A stretch of DNA of 64,000 nucleotides, taken from Octopus vulgaris (lineage: Eukaryota). The stretch lies in contig OX597826.1 of the NCBI GenBank assembly GCA_951406725.2, positions 16,988,001 through 17,052,000 of the forward strand. The letters are read 5' to 3'. The notes under the pieces were generated by a model. The model was not told where the DNA came from. It was given only the letters and a program-made list of their open reading frames with translations, and did not search any database. The first letter of the stretch is position 1. Each line of letters opens with the position of its first letter. The translations under genes and the position numbers were made by a program. Below are positions 55,422-64,000 of this stretch, one piece after another.

Positions 55422-55640
55422 TCTTACTTCAGTCATAAGACTACTGCCATGCTGGCGCACGGCCTTCGACAATTCTTTTAGTTGAATTTATTGACCCCAG
55501 GGCTAATTTTTTAAAATCCCAGTACATATTCTATCGGTCACTTTCGCCGAATTACTAAGTTATGGGGACGTAAACACACTAACGCCAGTTGGCAAGTGGT
55601 GTGCGTGTGGGAGGGCAAACATAGACAGAAACACACACGC

Positions 55641-55731
<91 letters not shown>

Positions 55732-55871
55732 TACGACGGGCTTTTCTCAATTTCCGTCTATTAAATCCACTCACATGGCTTTGGTCGGCCCGAGGCTATA
55801 GTAATAGATACTTGCCCAAGGTACCACTCTGTGGGACTGAACCCGGAACCATGTGCTTGGGGACCAAGCTT
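55422..55871 (-). mobile_element. SINE family A, diverged
   Basis: Homology to the other copies. Confidence 0.88.
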
Positions 55872-55981
55872 CTTACCACACATCCACGCCTGCAAAGTTA
55901 TTTAAATAAATTTTATGATGACAGAACATGTCAATGGGATTTTAATAAATTTTCCTGCACATATACTTTTGTCGCGATCAG

Positions 55982-56230
55982 TTTCAATTCTCTTATATGT
56001 TTGTTTTAGTTACGTCAAGTTACATGTTCCATCTGGGTTTCGCTCAACCTGTAGATGACTATTATTCAGATGAAAATGGGATTGCTGAAGAGATAATGCC
56101 AGGTGCTTCAGACATTATGCCACTAATCCACGAAGGAAATTTACAACAAGATTTCGCATTCATCGTTGTTGCACAGATGATTGTTTTCTCTCAGACTGGA
56201 ATTATACCGATGAATAAATCAATTGGATAA
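55982..56230 (+). CDS. Candidate second coding exon (FQFSYMFVLVTSSYMFHLGFAQPVDDYYSDENG...SIG*)
   Basis: Non-repetitive open frame, in-phase acceptor atcag|ttt, AATAAA at ~56283 and ~56302; no recognised homolog. Confidence 0.3.
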   Translation, partial: FQFSYMFVLVTSSYMFHLGFAQPVDDYYSDENGIAEEIMPGASDIMPLIHEGNLQQDFAFIVVAQMIVFSQTGIIPMNKSIG

Positions 56231-56446
56231 TTTTAGCTTAATATGATGAATTGGAAACATATAAATGCGATTAGAGATAAACAATAAAGAGTCACTATCA
56301 AAATAAATGGCCAGTTTCAAACGAAATATGATACGAGAAAAAATTGATTTCACTAACACTTATGCAAGAAATATGCTTCTAGATGATATACGATTCAAAA
56401 GCAAAACAAGAGTACATATTGACAAACTTATATATGTACAAATATT

Positions 56447-56795
<349 letters not shown>

Positions 56796-56995
56796 AAGCA
56801 TAGGGGTTTAGTTCACAGGTGATCTAAACGATTAGGTACGCATTAGTAGGACTCCAAGGTTTTAGCTAAGACGGTAGTTATGGAGCCATTGCAAATTTCC
56901 GATGCAGCGGATATAAAATTGTTAAAGAGGACAACAAACGTTAAGGCAAGGTAAACATCTCAAGTTATATACATTATTATTATTGGGAAAAATAC

Positions 56996-57052
56996 AGTCT
57001 TACAGCTGTTTCTGGGATATCCCCGGGTGTAGATATTCCGTCATCAGAGATA
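56996..57052 (-). ncRNA. Minimal type I hammerhead ribozyme motif
   Basis: UCU-CUGAUGA-C-GGAAUAUC..GAUAUCCC-A-GAA-ACAGCUGU-A/AGA. Confidence 0.82.
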
Positions 57053-57394
57053 AATTGGGGAAAATAGGGAAAAATTAGAAGGGTGTATATTAATGAAATG
57101 ACGACATAGAGGAAGGGAGTGAAGGAATAAGAATAAGGAGATGAAGAGAGAGAAGAAAAAGAAGCATAAAAGTTCATAGTTCAACTTTCCGATGTTGTAG
57201 AAACAAATGCATACGTCCTTAGATGCAAACCTGCGTAGATCCATGTGAAATATCGAACGAACAATATCTAATTTCCTACTGTATTTCCTACTGCAATTCT
57301 CCTTTAGACTGGCATCAAATTTTTTAGAAGGCTAGCAAAATCGGTGGAGGGGAGATAGTCGATTTCATCCCTCCCAGTGCTCCACTGACCTATT

Positions 57395-57552
57395 TTCTTC
57401 CTTTTTTTTTACCTCTTAATCCTCTCTGTCGAAGAGCGTTAGCTCGAAACGTAAAAGACTTTTCCATTCGTCCCGAGTGTTAAACTAATACACCTGCTTG
57501 TTGTTCTTACACCCGTCTTCGTCTTTTCTTTTCTGCAAATTTGATCTATATA
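57395..57552 (+). mobile_element. Hammerhead-like repeat, family H2
   Basis: ctct-ctgtcga-agagc-gtta-gctc-gaaacgta-aaag at 57422-57457; homologous to 59720-59880. Confidence 0.7.
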
Positions 57553-58727
57553 TTTATATACATGCTAATCCTCAGAATTTAACTAACGATGAATATGTAG
57601 TTTTCATTTCCTCATTCAGATATTTAACGTATTCCCATGACAATAACAGCTATGATTACGAAGAAGACAGCTGTTTTTAATTTAGGAAAAGTGTCGTTAA
57701 TTTTTAAGGAAGTGGAATAATCGATGCCTTGAAATCTCGTATTTGCCGGATACTTTCCAACCCAGGAGGACGAAATGCAAAGTTATCTAAAGAGGGATTT
57801 GATTTCACAGCATAAAGATACAATGCCTATAATTTGTTTATCATGAAGCATCATTACAAGAAAAAAAGGTGTTAAAAAAGTGATGAGATGGGATTTGAAG
57901 AGGTGAAAATAAGTAATCACATAAAAATGAGTGGTGAGAGAATTTGTTACTGTGTGTGTCTGTGTCTTTTATTTTTTGTACATAATTCGTCGACATTCTT
58001 TCTAGAAGAAGGCTGATAGATAATTGCAATGAAGCCATAACTGCATTGTTGGAATTTCGATAACAACAATGATAACAATGTGTAACACGATTCCTGACCT
58101 TGTGTAGCAACTGCTGTTTTCTATTTTTTTACCCCTAGAAAGTATGGAAAATAGCTGACATTTCCTTCAAATTTTTGTTTCGTTACCTTTATTCAAACCC
58201 CAAAGAATTCCTCTCAACACATGGATTTGATGCTCCCCCACTAATCCTGTTCATCATCACACATTGCCAGTACTAAATCACATGCTCAAGCAACTGACAA
58301 ACAAATCTGTGGTATTGAGCAGAATATTTGCTACAACGATATTTCTGCTTGAGCATCTCAGCGCTGAATCCAGCTGAAATGTAATGGAAAATAGGTCAGT
58401 GGAGCACTGGGATGGATGTAATCGACCATCTCCCTTCCCTGATTTTGCTAGCCTTCTAATAAAATTTGATGTCAGTCTAAAGTACAATCGCGGAAGGAAA
58501 TACAATAGGTAATTAGATACTGTTTGATCGATATTTCAAAATTTATATTTACTTACCACACCCAAAACTAAAGGTTAAAGCGTTATTAAACTGATATCTC
58601 AGATAGAAAGAAAGTGAAAGGAGTTTAGCAATCTTGTAACAGATTGTGAACAATCTTAAATCTTATCGCAAGTATAGATTATATCATTTAATATTTGAAG
58701 TTTTTCTTATCTCTGTTCGCATCGCAG

Positions 58728-58858
58728 CGATGTCACCTTGGTCTTCCATCCTTTCTTAGTCGATAAAATAAAGTATTAGTCAAGTACTGGGGGTCGATAG
58801 TATCGACTGGTGCTTCTCCTCCAAACAGCTGGTCTTGTAGTGCAGTTAAAAGTAATAA
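58728..58858 (+). mobile_element. SINE family D 3' part
   Basis: cttccatcctttcttagtcgataaaataaagta..ctgggggtcgat. Confidence 0.7.
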
Positions 58859-59206
58859 ATATATGTCTCTGTACATATTTGGCAACGTAGCGTATTCGCA
58901 ATGTTAGCGTTTTATTTAATCTTGGTTTCTTACAGTACATTCTCAATGCTTTCTATCTAGAATGTCATACGATATAGTGTATATTTAAACACATAAAGAA
59001 TCCACTTACAGGGATTCTACACGCTAGAAAGAACAGCTAGGTTCTATAACCACAAAAATTACGGATAAATTCGACAGGAATAAATTTAGAAATGAAAAAC
59101 TTTTACCATCTAATTTCCTGGACCAATTGGTTTCTAATCATCTTTTAGCGAGTCAAGGAGAACACACAAGGTCTGATTTTCTTCAGCAGATCCAACCTAG
59201 GGTTAA

Positions 59207-59456
59207 ACATATCCACACGAGACAAATAAGACTACTTGCCTCGTGTTTATACGAACTACCTTTTCAAATTTTACTGCACAGACGCAATCCTTCGCTTTGA
59301 TATGATTAAATACCGTAAGTGTTTGGATAATTTTCGATTAAAAGTTGGCGGTTTTGTATTGAAGCCAGCGAAGGACTGCGTCTGCGCAGGAAAGTTTGCA
59401 ACGTTTGTTCGTATAAACACGAGGCAAGTAGTCTTGTTTGTCTAGTGTGGATATGT
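59207..59456. mobile_element. MITE with ~49-bp TIRs
   Basis: acatatccacacgagacaaataagactacttgcctcgtgtttatacgaac and its near-perfect reverse complement at 59407-59456. Confidence 0.85.
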
Positions 59457-59545
59457 CGAATTTTATCCGTAATTTTTGTGGTTACAGAACCTAGAATGTC
59501 ATATGTATATATACATACATACATGTGTGTGTGTGTGTGTGTGTC

Positions 59546-59636
59546 CCAACCCCGGGACTTATTCTTTGTAAGCCTAGTACTTACTGTGTCGGTCTCTTTT
59601 GCCACACCGCTAAGTTACGGGGACGTAAACACACAA
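59546..59636 (-). mobile_element. SINE family A fragment
   Basis: ccccgggacttattctttgtaagcctagtactt..ggggacgtaaacac. Confidence 0.85.
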
Positions 59637-59661
59637 ATATATACACATGTATATGCATATG

Positions 59662-59719
<58 letters not shown>

Positions 59720-59724
<5 letters not shown>

Positions 59725-59876
59725 AGAGTTTACGAATAAAGAAAAGACGAAGCCAGGTGGTGTACAAAACAAACAGATGTATTAGTATAAGGCTCAGGAA
59801 TAGAAAATGTCTTTTACGTTTCGAGCCTACGCTCTTCTACAGAAAGGGACACAGAAAAAACAAGGAGAGAAACAAG

Positions 59877-59880
<4 letters not shown>
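59720..59880 (-). mobile_element. Hammerhead-like repeat, family H2, within (TA)n
   Basis: CUUU-CUGUAGA-AGAGC-GUAG-GCUC-GAAACGUA-AAAG at 59811-59846. Confidence 0.75.
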
Positions 59881-59957
<77 letters not shown>

Positions 59958-60141
59958 CATATACATATATATATATAAATATTCGCTTTTATACGTATAT
60001 ATATAATGTTAATATACATGAATATACACATACACATAAATACATATACATACTTATATATAATATACATACGCAGACACACGTATACATACATACTTAC
60101 ATATATACATACATATTAATATATATATATATAAATATATA

Positions 60142-60987
60142 CAGGTTGTCCCAAAAGACCCTATACACATTCTTTTTTCAATTTCTTTTCAGGTATCATT
60201 CAGAGAGATGTGAGGCCATCAACATTTGGCACCTTAGACTTTGCAGTTTTGGGAAGTGCATCCCTATCTTGCCTATGGCTCGCCAGTTGATGTCAGAGCG
60301 TTGCAAAATTACCGCTTGGCAAGAAGTTTTTCAGTCCCCTATTGTAGTTCATCGCAAGTTTGAGAAGGTTTATGGCCGTCACGCTACTCCAAAACATAGC
60401 ATAATATATGCTATCCATAGAAATTTTCTCGAAAGAAGATCTGCTCTTGACAAACCACGGAGCGGAAGGCCTGCAGCCACCAGTATTGATGGAAACACCG
60501 AACTCCTGAAGCATGCGCTCGCGTAAAGCCTGAGGAAGTCCATCCGGAGCACTGTTCTGGAACTTAGCATCAACAAAAACTCGATTCAGCAGATGCTTCG
60601 GAGAATTATAAAGCTCTACTCGTACCGACTTCAAGCGGAAGATAACGATGCTCGTGTAAAAATGTGTGAATCATTCCTCTACTATTTCCAAAACGACTCC
60701 TAGTTCTTGGAAAACATATGGTTCAGCGATGAGTCTATCTGTCATCCCTCTGGTCGGGTAAACTGACACAATTGTCGAATTTGGGGAAAATCAAAAGCAA
60801 CAGAAATTCTCGAACATGAGCGAGACTCTCCGAAGCTAGTGCTATGATGTGCCATGGGCAAGGGAAGGATAGACTTAAAAACAACTGCAATCTCTAAGGT
60901 ATCAAATAGTGATGACCTCACGTCTCTTCGAAAGATACCTGACACGAAATAAATAAAAGTAAGTGTATAGTGACTGTTGGGACATCT

Positions 60988-60989
<2 letters not shown>
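60142..60989 (+). mobile_element. Tc1/mariner transposon with internal deletion
   Basis: TIRs caggttgtcccaaaagaccctatacac / reverse complement caagatgtcccaacagtcactatacac, set in TA repeats; transposase from ATG 60275 with KPRSGRP, NIWFSDES, HNCRIWG; stops present. Confidence 0.92.
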
Positions 60990-61044
<55 letters not shown>

Positions 61045-61174
61045 TGTGTATATATATATATGTATGTATGTATGTATATGTATATATATATATGTGTATA
61101 TATATGTATGTATATGTATATATATATATATGTGTATATATATGTATGTATGCATATGTATATATATGTATATG

Positions 61175-61725
61175 TCAGGTCACTTTCGAGTGCTACTGGT
61201 ATCATGTAACCCAGTACAACCTGTTGCATGGTCGGGTCGTCGGAGACTAAACCGTCAACCCCACCAATCTTGCTTGGTGAGGAGGGTGTTTATTGGACAC
61301 CCTGCGGGATGAAAAACAAAACCCATCAAAGGGCGGAGGAACTCTTGAGAGTCAACGCCCATCCAATAAATGTCTTATGGCTGTATCATGCGCGTGGATA
61401 GAAATAATCGGACTGAATACCCGATCGCGCGGTTAAGCCATTGGGAGTGAATGACTCCTAGCCTTTGTTAGAGCATCCTTCTAGGAGAAGGTAACTCAGG
61501 TAACTGGGATAACTCCGACATAAAACCTGCGGCTCGGTGCTTACCGATGATGTTGACTTGTTCTTCTTTTCGGAATATGGCTGCTGTTTCTTAGTGAGTG
61601 AGATTGACTCAGTGCACAGCATTTCCTCACTTTAAAAAAATCTTCTTGCCCAGGCATTGCACGATAACATCATTGATTAAGCTTCGTGCAATGGCCATAC
61701 TCGATAACGAGGGGGCATCCACCAT
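61175..61725 (+). mobile_element. RTE-derived non-autonomous element
   Basis: RTE 5'UTR-like catccttctaggagaaggtaactc; 3' end caatggccatactcgataacgag resembles the RTE tail at 9321-9345; no ORF. Confidence 0.65.
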
Positions 61726-62109
61726 ATGTATACGTATATATATGTATGTACGTATGGATATATGTAACAGCTGTTGCTATGTTGAATCCGCGAAATATCG
61801 GGAATTTGCTCTGCGTAAAGATATATACATATAAAACACGAGTAAGACGAGAAACATTTTAGGGTATGAAGGAGATAAAGGAAAGAAATAGAATATGAAG
61901 TTCGATAATTAAAATACGATTTTGTATCTATTTGGTTGTTTATTTATTTATGTCTGCGTGTACTTGCAAGTGTTTGATAGTTGTGTCTGCGAATATGTAT
62001 CTATGTTTTCATTCTGATTATTTCTGGATTTCTTGCGAATAGAGAAAGAGTCGGTTTCTAACTTAAATTTAAAGTACCTTCATTAGAATTTTGAGGATCA
62101 ATAAGTTAT

Positions 62110-62880
62110 TTGTGCCGGTTTGTAGGTATACATTTAGATACAGTTCATGTCTAGGATGTTTGGTTTGTTTTATGCAGGTATTCTTATCGACATCATGCTC
62201 ATATATACGTAAATGATTAATTTTGGAGTTTTACAAATTTTGAGTTATGGCTTCTAATTAGCTTTCTCCTTTCTGGTTTTCAGAAGCCTTGTTTCTTATA
62301 TATTGGTGCTTAGGGAATTTGTTACATATCTTATAGCTCCTTTAATTACTGATATATATCTGAACTTGTTATCATGGTAGAGTAGCAGTAAATTTCTCAT
62401 TAGTTCAAGCGAAGGTATTTTCCTTTTCGCTGATCCTTTAGCTTCACTTTGACATCCGATCTCCTCTACTGTACACAATTTCTCTTCTTTGTCCCTAGTT
62501 ACTATGCCTGGACTATTATGTTTGCATTTTATTGAGGTTTGCGCTAGGACAATTTCTACCGTCCACAGAGCATTTCGCTTAAACTCCATCTCTTCGGTCG
62601 AGATTTTCCTCCAAGCGTATTCCTGTCTCCTTCATCACTTTCTGTTGGTGAAAGGTATAGTGATTTGTTAGTTTACAAGCAATATACATCGTCCTATGGG
62701 TGCTACTCTTCCGAAAATCATGCATATTTTTTTCTGATTTTTAAAACTCAGTGGGACTTTGTTGTTTCGCTCGTGTTTCGGTTACGTTTGTAGACGAAGT
62801 ATATCAACAGGCTTTAACCTGCCAGAATGAGGATTCATTACATAGTACTAAATACCCCCTCCAATTTCCTTCACAGCATT
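62110..62880 (-). mobile_element. RLE-type non-LTR retrotransposon remnant
   Basis: QTSIKCKHNSPGIVTRDKEEKLCTVEEIGC..LMRNLLLLY..VIKGAIRYV (decayed PD-(D/E)xK domain). Confidence 0.7.
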
Positions 62881-62925
62881 TAATACTGTACTGTCGGTCT
62901 TTTGCTTCCTTTATACGATAATATT

Positions 62926-63306
62926 CTCTTCTTTACTCTTTTACTTGTTTCAGTCATTTGACTGCGGCCATGCTGGAGCACCGCCTTTAGTCGAGCAAAT
63001 CGACCCCGGGGCTTACTCTTTGTAAGCCCAGTACTTATTCTATCGGTCTCTTTTGCCGAACCGCTAAGTGACGGGGATGTAAACACACCAGCATCGGTTG
63101 TCAAGCAATGCTAGGGGGACAAAAACAGACACACAAACACACACACACATAGATATATATACACATATATACGACAGGCTTCTTTCAGTTTCCGTCTACC
63201 AAATCCACTCACAAGGCATTGGTCGGCCCGGGGCTATAGCAGAAGACACTTGCCCAAGGTGCCACGCTACTTACCACGCTACTTACCACACAGCCACTCC
63301 TGCGCC
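62926..63306 (-). mobile_element. SINE family A with head deletion and short duplication
   Basis: gccacgctacttaccacgctacttaccacacagccactcctgcgcc; B-box region lost. Confidence 0.92.
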
Positions 63307-63904
63307 TCTCTGTCTTCGGGAGAATACTTTCGAGCCATTGTTGTTTTTACTGAAAAAATTATATCAACGGCATATTTCACTTATACATAACGCAGAACAC
63401 TACTAAAATGATCGAGAATGTTGTACCTGCTACTTTTCTTAGTTGTAATAGTGGGGCAGGGTCACATCACTTAGCCTGCAATGCTGTTTGACTAGCAGGC
63501 GATACAGTATCTGTTCGAGGCGTACTAACTCTTCTCCTTATCTTGTATATTGAGGTCAATCCTTAACTCTTCCTCATCATTATCTTTGTCTCTTTCCAAT
63601 TCCACCCCGACCGTTCCATCATTTCTTCTATAATGTAATAAGCGTGTGGCTGCTTGACAGCAATAATCTGTTGTGCTATGGTAATTTATATCACGCTTAA
63701 AACCCGTCATAACCCCTCATAAAGTCACCCACACTGACTAATCTATTGTAGCCCTTACTATAACAAAGGGCATCCTAGACTTGCAAGCAAAATGTGCCAC
63801 AAAATTTCCACTCATGCTGTACACGTTGTAAAGTATTTCGTGATAAGAAGGGCATCCAGCTGTAGAAATCATGTCAAAGATGTATGTGTGTGTGTGCGTC
63901 TGCG

Positions 63905-63977
<73 letters not shown>

Positions 63978-64000
63978 ATACATATATGTATATATTTACA

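Noticed and set aside
56088-56217. Insulin A-chain-like CCxxxC (IHRCCTDDC)
   Set aside because: Final cysteine missing, frame closed upstream by stops, no B chain found
57601-57680. Strong-looking splice acceptor followed by a short acidic frame
   Set aside because: No compatible upstream donor or phase; no other support

Overview
AT-rich, repeat-saturated eukaryotic DNA with no confidently identifiable host protein-coding gene. Nearly all ORFs in the supplied track are microsatellite artefacts. The SINE families and microsatellite load look like an octopus (coleoid cephalopod) genome; this is inference from memory, not a database result. Contents: about 12 copies of one tRNA-derived SINE with an internal microsatellite, three other SINE families, and LINE remnants (RTE, R4/Dong, CR1-group, Tx1/L1-like). 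Also present are Penelope-like element (PLE) fragments with GIY-YIG or RT motifs, Merlin and Tc1/mariner transposons, hAT and other MITEs, a Helitron helicase remnant and a probable solo LTR. The main unexplained structure is a set of minimal type I hammerhead ribozyme (HHR) motifs in several non-coding repeat families inserted at (TA)n/(AAT)n tracts: 4807-4875, 11776-11810, 31361-31395, 34577-34611, 36711-36817, 39396-39435, 56996-57052, 57422-57457 and 59811-59846. A further candidate family at 7657-7750 has the C3-G8 core pair apparently swapped to G3-C8. A speculative two-exon small secreted protein lies at 54166-56230.
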